This document shows positions 18,217-29,878 of a DNA stretch of 30,402 bases, one piece after another (the first letter of the stretch is position 1; the number at the start of each line of letters is the position of its first letter). The position numbers were made by a program, and so were the translations under genes. Source of the stretch: Rhodospirillales bacterium (GTDB taxonomy: Bacteria > Pseudomonadota > Alphaproteobacteria > Bin95); contig JAYQLI010000036.1 of the NCBI GenBank assembly GCA_038143065.1, forward strand, positions 1 to 30,402. Direction: 5' to 3'. The notes under the pieces were generated by a model, which saw nothing but the letters and a program-made list of their open reading frames with translations, had not been told where the DNA came from and searched no databases.

Positions 18217-19021
18217 TTAACAACTGGTTTTTACCGGACCGAGCAGCGCCTCGGCAATCAATTCTGCCGCAAGCGCCAACGCATAACCTTTCTGCCCTGC
18301 CGCAGGAAGAATCGCCCCGCCCTCAAAAATAATCTTCAGGCCTGATCGAAGGATTGCCATGCTTGTCAATAATGCAGCCCGGGGGAAGATTGGCGCCGGA
18401 AGCCTGCGCCGCATAAATCCAGCCTCCGGCAATTAGTGAGGTTGCAAAATCCATAACGAATGGGCCATTGTCATCGCCCGGGAAGCCTATGCACAGGGAT
18501 TGGTTGGCAATTTGGCTTCAATTCCACCATGAGGTGCCACTTGCCGCCATATTTGGTGATTGCCCCCGCCAATCAGGATCGACACTAAACCTTTCTCGGC
18601 GGCATTATCGGCTTAAAAGCGCCGTGACGCCCTGTATGCCCGACATTGACAATTGAGGTGGCGCTGATCCCGATTTTTGCAGCAAGGGTGCAACTGGCAT
18701 CATAGGCCAGCTTCATCGCCGGAATGCCATGGCTGGACCGCCCATCAACAGTGATGAAAGAACCATCCTCATCACTGATATACGGCGCCCCCTTTGCGGT
18801 CATATAGCCGTCTTCTGAATTGTCGGGCATATTGAAGGATGCGCATCACACCGTGCGATTCGGACGCCGCACAGGTCACTGTCAGCCAGATGTTCAGCAA
18901 TCACAGATGATGGCTCAGGAGCGCAACCATAGCTGTGCAGAATATCAACCAGAACCGAGATTGCCTCATCTGCTTTGACGGCCTTACGTTCTCCCTGATA
19001 ATCGAGCTTGGATACCGACAT
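18217..19021 (-). pseudogene. Ldh_2-family (malate/L-lactate/sulfolactate dehydrogenase type 2) oxidoreductase, 3'-truncated
   Basis: IAEHLADSDLCGV, VDG..HG, N.GHTGR.G, TNP..PG, DFAT, GAILPAAG.KGYALALAAELIA; similarity stops abruptly before AT-rich DNA. Confidence 0.75.
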
Positions 19022-19056
19022 CACTCTGTTATTTCCCGGGCATGATTCGCAAGGCT

Positions 19057-20205
19057 TCAGTGGCGCGTCTTGACCACAAAGTCAATCATCCCCGAAAGGC
19101 AGCACCGAGACAATCGCATCACGCGCCATTCCATCGGGAGTATGCACAACAAGCGATGTGCCGACATCCCAATGTGATCGGAGAATCATCGACAGACCGA
19201 CATTACAATCAAGACGCGGCGAAAAGATACCTGACGTTATCTGCCCTACATGTGTGCCATCGGTTGTTGTTACCGGAAAAGGCTTGCCGCATGGCGGTGC
19301 CTTGCCACCAAAAAACGGATCCCACGAATTCGTTGTGCGGGTCCGTTGGCGGCAATCTTCTGCAAAGCCGACTTGCCGATATAATCAATGTCATCACCAA
19401 GATAACAAAACGGGCAAACCCGCACTCAAGCGGGTTGTTCTCGCAGGTGAATTCATTGCCATAAGACAGTAAGCCACCCTCGATCCGCTCAATCAGATTC
19501 GGACAGCCCGGCGTGATGTTATAGGCTTGGCCTGCGTCCCATATCATGTCCCACAGATCGCTGCCAAGTTGGCCACCTTGCAAGTATATTTCATATCCAC
19601 CCTGTTTGCTGTAGCCAGAGCGCGCGATTAATTGTTGCGTTCCAAGAACGTCAAACATCGCAAAGCCGAAATGTGGAAGAACACGAATTCTCTCGCCGAA
19701 CAAATCGGCCATCAAGTCGACAGCTTTTGGACCCTGAATCGCCAACGGGGACACATCCGGTTCATTGATCTCAACATCAAGGCGCATGCCATATGCCAAC
19801 CCCTTTGCCCATAAAAGAATGTCCGAATCCGCGATCGACAACCAGAAATGATCATCGCCCCGTTTTTGCAGAACGGGATCGTTGAGCATGCCTGCATTAT
19901 CGTCAATCAACGGGACATAGAGTCCTTGACCAAACCGGGCTTTGCGAAGATCGCGCGGTGTCATCATCTGGACCAGCCTTGCCGCATCCAGGTCCCCTGA
20001 CTTCGACCTGGCGCTGGCAGGCCACATCCCAGATTTTGCACATGCTCACGCAGGTGCCAGTAATCCCCTCCTCGACAGAGGCGGCAAACGCCTTTGGCAA
20101 AAGCGTGATTGACTACGCTGAAACCACGCACTCCATGTGCCTCAACACGGTCGGTATAGGAGTAGCGCTAATCCGGCGCGACATATTCAAACCCGATTGG
20201 CTCAT
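19057..20205 (-). CDS. dmdA: Dimethylsulfoniopropionate demethylase (GcvT family), frameshifted
   Basis: SRR..[117 protein letters not shown]. Confidence 0.85.
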
Positions 20206-20235
20206 TTGATCTGATCTACCATGAAAATGATGTGG

Positions 20236-20584
20236 TCAACTTGACCACCAGCAAGAATAGCTGTTGGGAGACATAATTACTGGAATATGGTATCGCGCCC
20301 CGGGATCAGGCATGCTGAACCGGATCACAATTTCTTCGAGGATTTGCGCTTTGTCACGCGGCAGTGGCTGTTGTTTAAAAGCAGGCACCGCTGGCAATCA
20401 CCATTTCATATGAGTCACCGGCAATTGCCGCGACCTCGTGCGCGAACCGCCCGCCATCATCACTGTGCGCTGCAAACACAATTTGCCGGTCGCCATTGCC
20501 GTTCAAATGGACCAGTTTCACACCAACATGCGCAGCGTGTGTGCCGTCAACGCCATTCAGAAAATGAGATGAGAGTGTCGCCAT
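20236..20584 (-). CDS. Hydroxyisourate hydrolase/transthyretin-like protein with an atypical C-terminus
   Basis: MATLSSHFLNGVDGTHAA..V, DDGGR, Y.M....G, then after one indel ILEEIVIRFSMPDPGARYHIPVIMSPNSYSCWWSS*. Confidence 0.8.
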
Positions 20585-20605
20585 CGTCTGGTTCCTTCAG
20601 CAAGC

Positions 20606-22347
20606 CTATTCGATTGATGCCTTGTCACGCTTTGACGTGGTTGCCAATACTATGGGGCTGATCACCCCCTTGGCTTTGACATTTACACATGCTGTTTTGC
20701 CACTGGCAATCGCACGTTGCACCGCAGGGATGATATCCTCGCGCCGGGTGACCAATTCCCCATAGCCGCCAAGTCCTTCAAACATGCTATGAAACGGTAT
20801 ATCCCGAAAATCGGTGGCATAATGGGTGCCGCTTTCAAACAGACGCTCTTGCTGTTGTGAGATGCAATCAAGGCCACCATTGTTGTCGATCACAACAGTG
20901 ATGGGACGGTTTTCCTGAAAAGCCGCCTCGATCGACAGACCACCAGACAGAAACGCGCCGTCACCGCTAATCAGAACCACATTTTTGTCGCGGTGAACAT
21001 TTTTCGCAGACACCGCGAAAGAGACGCCGACTCCAAGAAGGCTGAAGGTTCCCGGATGCAAAATGCCGCCAAGTTTCTTGCCCTGAAATCCCGCAAGATT
21101 AACGGCAATCTCCGACCAGAAATGGGTATTGCCACCATCGATCACCAGCCAATCCTCGTCTCCAGCGCTTGCTGCACATCAAGTGCCAGTTGCAATGGAT
21201 GAATGCGCCCGCCGAATTCAGGGGCGCTTGCCTCTCTTTCAAGATCGGCAAGCATCTTTGCGACCCATTCGGCCCGGCGTTGGCGATTTAAATCATACCA
21301 AGTTCGGTCACTTCTAAAGTCTGGCGCTTTGGCCTTTGCAGTCAACATTTGCAAAAATGCACCGGGATCACTGAGCAGGGTAAAATCAGCAGCCCGGTTA
21401 AAATCAATTTCTTCGTGGGAACCGTTGATGCAAACCACATCGGTTGTCTCGGGAAATAGTGGCGGGTTGCCAAAATTCATCTGGTTATCCAAGCGGGCGC
21501 CCACCATCAGAACAAGGTCAGACTCATGAAAGGCATCAGCAGAGGGATGATATTGATGAATATCGGCAAGCCCCATATAGGCCTCGCATTCCTCGCCAAG
21601 TAATTTTTGATGATAAGGGATATTGAATACAGGAATGCCAAGCAGGCGACCGGCCTCTTCTAGATAACCCTCGGCACCCGACCACCAGACACCATGCCCG
21701 CCGATCAAAACCGGCCTTTTGGCTGCGGCCAACTTGTTCACCTGTTGTAGGCGAGACGGCTCCGGCCAGGCACGCGATGGTGCTTGCGGGCCAAGATCAA
21801 ACGGGCGTTCTGACGGCCTGCATCCTCGGGAAATGACGAGAACATCAGATCCACCGGTAGAGAGAGGTGCACCGCACCGGGATAGCCGTTGGTCGCAATC
21901 TTATAGGCACGATCAACGAATTCATTGATCCGTTCTCATCGGTGATGGTCGCACTATGTTAATTAATTGGTTTGGCAGCGCTTTGACATCGTCAATTTCT
22001 TGAACCCGCCTGCCCCCTGGGGTTTTCAAGAGTGCTTGATCCGGTCACAAAAATTACCGGTGAGCGCTCTCCCCACGCTTCCATCATTGCTGGCACGGCG
22101 TTGGCAAAACCCTCTGGCCCGACAAGGCAAACAGCCGGCTTGCGGGTGATGCGTGTGTGACCATCGGCAAAACGTCCGGCAATTTGTTCATGCGGACAAT
22201 TGATCACCTTCATCTGGCATTCCATGAAGCCTTCGAGAGCTTGATTGCAAAATCCTCCGGACAGTGTGAAGACATGCTCTATCCCTTTTTCCTTCAAAAG
22301 CACGTGCAAGTAAGGCGCCGCCTCGAATTTTCGGTTTTTTGACTCAT
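20606..22347 (-). CDS. Thiamine diphosphate-binding enzyme (acetolactate synthase / 2-hydroxyacyl-CoA lyase-like), frameshifted
   Basis: GG.LLARALKEKGIEHVFTLSGG, HEQ, ADG..RIT, AKRPVLIGG.G, SDLVLMVGARLD, GDGAF..NNG ThDP motif. Confidence 0.88.
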
Positions 22348-23507
22348 TCGGCGGCCTTTTCTGACAATGTTTGAATCGGCAACTCGTCGTGGCTGCTGAC
22401 GAGACAGTTTTCGTTAATACCGGCAGGTTGCGACCAAGGTCCATGACTGCGCTGACTTCACGGCTTGTTATGTCAGAATGTCGGACGACCCAGTTCTTCC
22501 CCTGCACCAGCCCTTACATTGCGCTGCGATATTATGACAAAATCTGCACCCATGGCAAGCGCCTTGACAACATGCTCACCGTTGCGAACACCTCCATCGA
22601 AAATCAATGGCATTTCTGTACCAACTGCCCGTCTGATCTGGCCAAGCGAGTCAATGGCTGCGGGTGCGGCATTAAGCTGTCTGCCACCATGGTTCGATAC
22701 ATAAATAGCATCCGCGCCCATTGATTTTATTCGAACGGCGTCATCCGGACATTGCACACCTTTGACCACCAGCTTGCCGTGCCACCGGTCACGGCGCGGC
22801 AAGAAATGACCAGTCAGCTCGTCCGCGGCTGGCATTGCGAACAAAGGTGGTATTGCCACTCGATGTGGCATAATTCATTGGGCGTGGCATCCCATTGCCA
22901 ATTGCGTGGGCAAGAGTTGCCAACGACCAATGCGGATGAGTGGCAAAATCCCAGAGCTTTGATAGGCCCCAACGCATCGGAAAAGCAAACCCGTTATGAA
23001 GATCTCGGATTCTTACCGAAGGTATGGGCACATCAACGGTAAGGATCAGAACCTTGTAATCAGCCGCCGCCGCCCGACCAACGATTTCATCGACAAAGTC
23101 GCCCGACTGATCCGCATAAAGCTGAAACCAGGCCTGCCCTCAGCGATTTCATTAATCTGCTCCAGCGTCATCGAAGACGCGGTTGATACGCATAAAGGCA
23201 TGTGCCTTTTCGCTGCCTCGCGGGCCATATCACGATCAGCCCCCGGCCATGCAAGAGCACACATGCCCATCGGGGCAATACCAAAAGGCACGCCAGTTTT
23301 CTGACCGAGAATGCTTGTGGAAAGATCGCGTTCACTGACGTCAATCAATACCCGTGGCATTAATCTGATACGGTCAAACGCATCTGTGTTCAGGCGGCAC
23401 AAGGACTCGTCGCCAGATGCGCCATCGATAAAATCAAACATCATCCGAGGCAGGCGTTTGCGTGCGCGGCGCCGTGCATCTTCGACGGAGTAAAGCTGTC
23501 TGACCAA
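22344..23507 (-). CDS. FMN-dependent alpha-hydroxy-acid oxidase/dehydrogenase (LldD/mandelate dehydrogenase family), frameshifted
   Basis: ARKRLPRMMFDFIDG, L.PRVL.DVS, PFGIAPMG, W.GKLVVKG, VSNHGGRQL, DGGVRNG..VVKALAMGADFV. Confidence 0.9.
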
Positions 23508-23623
23508 CGATCGACCCTTCTTTCATTAAAAATAAACGGTAACAAACCAAGAAAATATAATGCAAATATAATTATTGGATGAATTGATAGAATAAGGTTA
23601 TAATTTGGTTTTTGGAGATCGGG

Positions 23624-24540
23624 ATGAATTTCAGACAGCTCAAGGCATTTGATACCGTTATGCGCCTTGGATCAATCACCGGCGCAGCAAAGGAATTGCG
23701 TGTCTCACAGCCGAGTGTGACGCGTTTGATTCACGAGCTGGAGACAAATTTGGGCTTCACGCTGTTTATACGCCGTGGGCGCGGCATTGTGGCAACTGTT
23801 GAGGCACGCCGCTTTCATCAGGCTGTGGAAAGTGCCTTTCTCAACATCGAGCGGCTTAACGATCTCGCCGCAACGATCCGCCAAACCACTGTTGGCAAGG
23901 TTTCGGGGTGGGGTAATTCCGACATTTTCAACTTCATTGTTGCCCAATGTTCTGGGGAACTTCGCGAACAGCAGGACGGCATCCACACAACCATATTTAT
24001 TCACAACACGCCGGCAATTGTAGAATCGGTAAGGCTTAATCAGTTTGACCTTGGCATCGTGTCGCGTTCACCGCCCTATGAAGGTGTTCACAGCCTGTAT
24101 CAGACAGTGGTCAATTATGTAGCCCTGATTCCGGAAAACCATATCCTCGCGATTCGAAGATGTGTTGGATTTGAAGGAGATTGCCGGAAAACATGAATTT
24201 GTCACGTTTGGCAACGTCTATCCGCTGGAAATGCAGGGCATGGACAAGGAACTCGCAGCACAACTGCAGCACAAAGCACGTTACAGCGTGGCCAATATTC
24301 TGGCCGCTGCCGCGCAGGTGCGGGCGGCTGGTGTACCGGCGCTTGTTGAGCCTTTCTCGGCAAGAATGTCGGCGTCCGGCAGCGTGGTTATTCGGCCGTT
24401 GCGGCAGAAACTAATCTATCATATCGGCATCATTACCCGTGGTCTTGAGGCGATGACCAGAAGAGACCCGCCAACTTGCCGATGCTCTGATAAACACGCT
24501 GGAAGACGATCCCATCATTCGCAATGCCGACCAGAGCTGA
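23624..24540 (+). CDS. LysR-family transcriptional regulator, divergent from the oxidase operon
   Basis: MNFRQLKAF..GSITGAAKELRVSQPSVTRLI.ELE..LGF.LF.R HTH; DLGI substrate domain. Confidence 0.92.
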
Positions 24541-24550
24541 GCGGGCGGTG

Positions 24551-26082
24551 TCAATTTGTTCGTGGCAGTGCCGCACACGAAGGATGCTGTCCGCTTTCGG
24601 ATCGATGTAGTACGGACGGTGTGATGTTAACAAATCTGTGACACGCTCGGCGGCAAGAATGCGGATATCGCCTTTGCCGGAAACGCCCAAACATCAATGG
24701 TGCGTCTGTCAATAGCTCTGGGTAAAGAAATCCATGAATACATCCGGGCATGGTTTCTGCCTCTGAAAATGCCCAATACCTGTAGCCACCTTGCCACTCC
24801 GTCGCCGCAGATACAGTTTCAGCCGAAACATCAGCCTTCGCGGTAGAGCGAAGAATGGCTCAAGCATATCATTGTCTATGACCATGGCTTCCCAACGGAT
24901 CTCCCATCAAACCGGCCTGTGCGCCACATGCCTGTGTCACAATATTGGCACCGGCATATACCGCTTGAGCCACCGTGAGACATTTTTCATACCCACTTTG
25001 TGCATCGGGAATCTTGCTGTCGGTAGCGCCCGCAATGGTGGATGATGCAAGGCCGACAATGCCGCCATCTGCATAGACGCAGCCGTTAAAGTGGCCTGTT
25101 CTCCCCGCCGCCCGCCATCGCGCCGGTACGCAGATCAGTGATCATTGGGCGCGGGCCAAAACCGCTTTGGCAGCAGGATCAACCAGCCAAGCGATCACCA
25201 TTCCGGCAAGCGTTTCTGCGGTTGTTTGCGCGACACAGCCAGCAATTGTAACGGGACTTGACGCGCCAAGCTGACCAAAGGTGTTGACCATCACCGGTAT
25301 ACCGCAACGCACCGCTTCCATCATCACCTCAGTGCGCCTGGGTCAAACCGCATTGGTGGGATCACATGATTAACATTTATTGACAGGAATGGACGTTGCC
25401 AAAAAGCGTCCTTTGATCCAGCAAGCTGGTAACATATCTGGGCAATATCACGTACGCTTGCTGGTGCGGTTGCGCTGATGAAAGCATGTTTGCGTGCTGC
25501 AAGGACAGGCATAGGCCGTATTCACATCTAGATGACGCATGTCAGGCATGTCCCGCGCCACAACGGCGGCTGAAAAAATGAATGTGGTTCAGCTGATCGA
25601 CAAGGCACGCCACATCATGCAGATCGGACAAACCAGATTCGCGATATTTTCCAAGCGCCGAATCATAAACGCACAGTGGTAGTACGCCACCGGTGCCAGC
25701 AAACACATGGCGGGCGCCAGATTAGGTCTGTATTACCACCGCGTCCCCATAGTTTGATATCACGGCGCAATCCGGCGATTGCTTCAGATGCCAATGTTTC
25801 TGGGAACCGCAAACGATGCTGGTCATCAGATAACCACCACCGCTGATAACCAACTCAACGGCACTTTTTGATGGCTCGCTGAGCCAGTTTCAGCCAAAAG
25901 CGTTATCGCAACGCCATGGATAAGTGCAACATCGGCAGCATCCAATGGTGAATGGCTACCGCCCCGGCCAATATACGCCTGTCGGCGAGCGACTCTGCGG
26001 TTTGTGATGCGGTTATATCAGCCCTTCGGCGGCGTCCGCTACGTCCTGCATTTCGTCCTTTTGTTCCATTATCTTCGTTCAT
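24551..26082 (-). CDS. Trimethylamine methyltransferase (MttB) family protein, heavily frameshifted
   Basis: Arg-rich N-terminus GRSGRRRR; V.PMRFD; GASSPVTIAGCVAQ..AETLAG; D.Q.GYEK; GHF....T, YPEL.DR near the C-terminus. Confidence 0.75.
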
Positions 26083-26860
26083 CTTGCCCCCGCACTCCGA
26101 CTGAAAGATGCCCATACGATAACCGGGGTCGAGAGGATGAATCGCAAAACCCCCCTTGTTTTTGACGTGAGACGGAATAGGCGGGTTAGCCACCGCGCCA
26201 CGCGCCCTGACAACCTCGGTGACAACACCGTCACAGATATGCACACCAACCCTCTGGCTATCAATCGCAATGCCAGCTGCAAGATGTCCGTTTGCCACTT
26301 GACGTTCAAAAGCCTGTCGTCGATCGGGCTCATGACGGTGAAATGGGGGCAAGCACCGCCTCGCGAGCAAACCAGGTCCGGCGTGGAGGTTGAACCTTAC
26401 ATCCTCGGCTCGTGGCCAGAAGCAGTTCGGAAAACCAGCATATGGCAACCGGCGCTCACACGCACCAGGATACAGGCCATGCGCCTGCGGGCCTCCAGGA
26501 TCGCACCTGCAATACCAGCGTAGCGCCAATGCGCCAGCATCGCTGTGGTTGTGCCCCCACCCACATAAAGAATGTCGAGGCCCGCCAAAAGGTATCCGCT
26601 CCTATCCCGGCTTCGGCATCAAGGTACAGAAGAACCCTCGTTCCGGCACAATCGCGAAAGCGTGCGTGAAAGGCATCAATGCGGGTGGGATTGTCATTGC
26701 TGGCATGGCCTATATAGCCGATCTGCGGCCTGCTTATCGGGCCGGCCAAATCAAGAAGGCGATCTTCGAGCAAAAGAATCCTCCGGCCAACCATCTTCAG
26801 GGTGCGGTGAAACCGCCGCCACCAACCGCGAAAATCTGCACTGGCTTTGTCAAACCCCAC
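26079..26860 (-). CDS. Peptidase E (S51) family protein, frameshifted
   Basis: IFAVGGGGF, IGYIGHAS.D, DILYVGGGTT..ML..W, GVSAG nucleophile motif, P.F..EPDRR. Confidence 0.75.
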
Positions 26861-27195
26861 CTTTTTTCAGTGAATTTTTTTCTGATTGGTCGAGGGAAGA
26901 CAACAAACATCAGCATCCCGGCCTTCCGCTGACAGTTGGATCAGTGTGCGCAGAATTTTCGGAATAAGCAATATGAATATAAGACATCGGTTCATGCAAA
27001 TTTTTGTATCAATACATTTCACAAATTATATTTGTTATCAAAAATGGGGAAACTCTCATACTCTGATATGTTTACAAAAGGGGAAAAGCGCAGGACTGAA
27101 AAGTCTGAAGCGCCTCGGGAAAACAACAGCCAAAGCCACAGCACGCTCAACAGGCAGGCGTGTTGCCAGGCGGACGTTATGAGGAGGAATTCTTG

Positions 27196-28742
27196 ATGAA
27201 AAAATGGCTTATCGCGTCAGCAATGACGCTAGTGTTGGGATTGGGACGAGCGCGCTGCGGGCTGCCCCGAGCGGCACCTTCAGGCAGGCACATGAATATG
27301 GATATGGTGACAAATCCAGTCTTGACTCACGCCATCGCGCGGGCGTGTCATGCAAATAACCGAAAAGCTGATGAGCCAGCTGGATCTGCCTCGACTATGC
27401 AAGGCTCTCCGAGCCACGGATCTCGCAAAATCTTGGAGCTCGAACGAGCGCCGCCACAGAATGGACAGTGAATTTGCGTGAAGGTGTAAAATTCCACGAC
27501 GGCCGTGCTTTTGATGCCGGTGATGTGAGTTACACTTTCGAGCGCGTCCTGAACCCTGAAAACCGATTCCAGTACGCTCGGCAGTCAAGATGATCGAGAA
27601 AATGTGAAGCCGTCGAACAGCGCGACTCGTCGAAGTTCAAGCTGTCCACGCCGTTTGCCGGGATATGCCACTGCAATTGATGGACTATCGCTTGCGGATT
27701 ATTCCGGAAGGCTCGGGTGACAGCATCGTACCACCTCTGGTATCGGCACGGGCCCGTTCAAGCATGGCCTGCATCTGATGCCGCTGGTGTGACGATTGCT
27801 TGAAGCCAATATGGATTACTGGGAAGGTGCGCCGGGCGTTGCCAGAGATGGAAGTCATCGGCATTGGTGACGGCCAAGCGCGTATGCAGGCTTTACTCGG
27901 CGGACAGATCGATTTTGAGAACTCTTTCGTCACCAACCAGCAAAAGCCAATGTTCGCTGGTAGCAACAAATTCAAGATGGTTGAAGTGCCGACGAGGAAA
28001 CTGGCGCGTGATCTTGTCTTCCGCACAGATATCGAGGCCATTTACCGGTGTGCGTGTGCGTCAGGCGGTTCGCAATGGCGGCTGACCGCCGAAGAACCGG
28101 TGAAGCATGATCATGGGCGGCGCTGCAACAGTGGCCTGTGATGCGTCCTGTCAAGCCTGATGAAGTGAGTATCGGCCGATCTCAAATGTACACCGAAGAC
28201 GTGCCGGCACAAAGCGCTGCACGGTCGAAGCGGGCTTTGCCGATGGCGGTGATGTTCGCAGTCTACGTTGCCACGCTGGAGCCGACACTGGCCAATCCTC
28301 TGCCGAGGACCTACAGCAACCGCAGGCGGCCAAGGCTGGTATCCGTGTAACCATCCGACAGGTTCCATCAGATGGCTATTGGAGTGACACATGGATGCAA
28401 AAGACCGTTTCAGCAACGCGCTGGAATGGGCGTCCAGCGGACTCTGTACCGCACGAAATCTACAGCTTCCAACAGCCAAGTGTGAACGAGTCATAATGCC
28501 ATAGAGATGCCGACTTTGATGCCCTTCTTGGCAAAGCCCGCCGTGAGCTGCAGCTTTGACAAGCGCAAGGCGCTTTTATGTTAAGGCGCAAGAGCATCTG
28601 CATCAGACGGCCGGTACGTTGATCCCATATCACGCATCAAAGCTTCCATGTGATGAATTTCGCGAGTTGACGGAATCGATGCGGATCGAAAACCACACTA
28701 TCCAGTTGGCATAAGTGACTGTGAAACAAGGCGGCAAATTAG
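27196..28742 (+). CDS. ABC transporter substrate-binding protein, family 5 (Dpp/Opp type); very error-rich, end approximate
   Basis: GGAGG RBS, signal peptide MKKWLIASAM; LREGVKFHDG..F.A.DV..TFER; GTGPF; R.QALL.GQID. Confidence 0.75.
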
Positions 28743-28853
28743 CGATCTTACGGAACAAATGAAGGGCCAGTGGCCAAGGCCGATATCTGTGGGTGTGTTG
28801 TTGGCCCTATCTAAAAACAATAACCGACTCACCAGACATCAGGGAACCGGCGG

Positions 28854-29863
28854 ATGACTTAACACGTTGATCAGGCCGTTTTTTGCTTGGACTAGTGACC
28901 GTGTGTCTCGTGTCATTGATTATTTTTGCAGGCGTTGAAGTTTTGCCCGGTGACGCGCTGCTTCGCAGTATCGCTGGCGAATATCAAGGTCTGATGACGA
29001 GTTGCTGGCACGGTGCCGGAGGATCTTGATTTGAACCGCCCCGCCTTCGACCGGTTTTCCGAGATGGGCGGGCGGCGCCATGGCCGGAGACCTCCGGTCT
29101 TGCGGTTGACGGCTTAAACGAAAAATCAGCACCATCGTTGGCGAGCAGGTGTGCAAAAAAATTCACTGTTGGTGGCAGCTTGTCGATGCCGCGAGCATCA
29201 GTCTGCCTCTGGCTTCGCTGCTTGGCGTCATCACAGGTCTGCCGGCGTGATCGTATGCCTGATTTGATCGCTTCGACATTGGCAATTTTTGCCATGACTC
29301 ATTCCCGCGGAATTTGTCTCCGGCGACATTGTTGATCCTTGTCGTTCAGCATTTGCGGCTTGGACGTTGCCCGGCATTGTTTTGACGTCAGCCGGGCGCC
29401 CCGGCGGCCGAATTGCTTTCCGAAATCCTGTTGCCTGGTAGCATTTGTCCTCTCAGTGGTGATGTGCGCGCACATCGTGCCGGATCAGGTGCGTTCGTCA
29501 GTGATTGAGAGTTCTGGCCAGCGATTATGTGCAGATGGCGACACTGAAAGGGGTGCCATACTGGCCGAAGTGGTATTCCGTCACGCCTTGCCAAACGCTC
29601 TGTTGCCAGCAATCAATGTTGTCGCCCTAACAATTGCCTGGCTTCTTGGACGGCGTCGTGGTAATCGGGAGTGAGTGTTCAACTATCCCGGACTTTGGCC
29701 GGTTAACGAATCGGACTCAATCTCTGGTCGTGATCTCGCCCGTGGTGCAATCCATTGCACTGATCCGTGGCCAGCATATATATGTCTGTGTGCGAATCTG
29801 GCGGCTGACCTCCTGACCATGCTGGCGAATCCAAAGCTGCGCTCAATGTACACGAGGAAATAG
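28854..29863 (+). CDS. ABC transporter permease (DppB/OppB type), frameshifted
   Basis: R.LLGLVTV..VS.IIF..VEVLPGD; RHALPNALLPAINV; FNYPG; NLAADLL..LANPKLR. Confidence 0.8.
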
Positions 29864-29878
29864 TGGCCGTGATCACGC

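Noticed and set aside
24551-26082. Pyrrolysine-containing MttB
   Set aside because: Too many errors to place an amber codon, and no pyl genes are in the window; most bacterial homologs lack Pyl.
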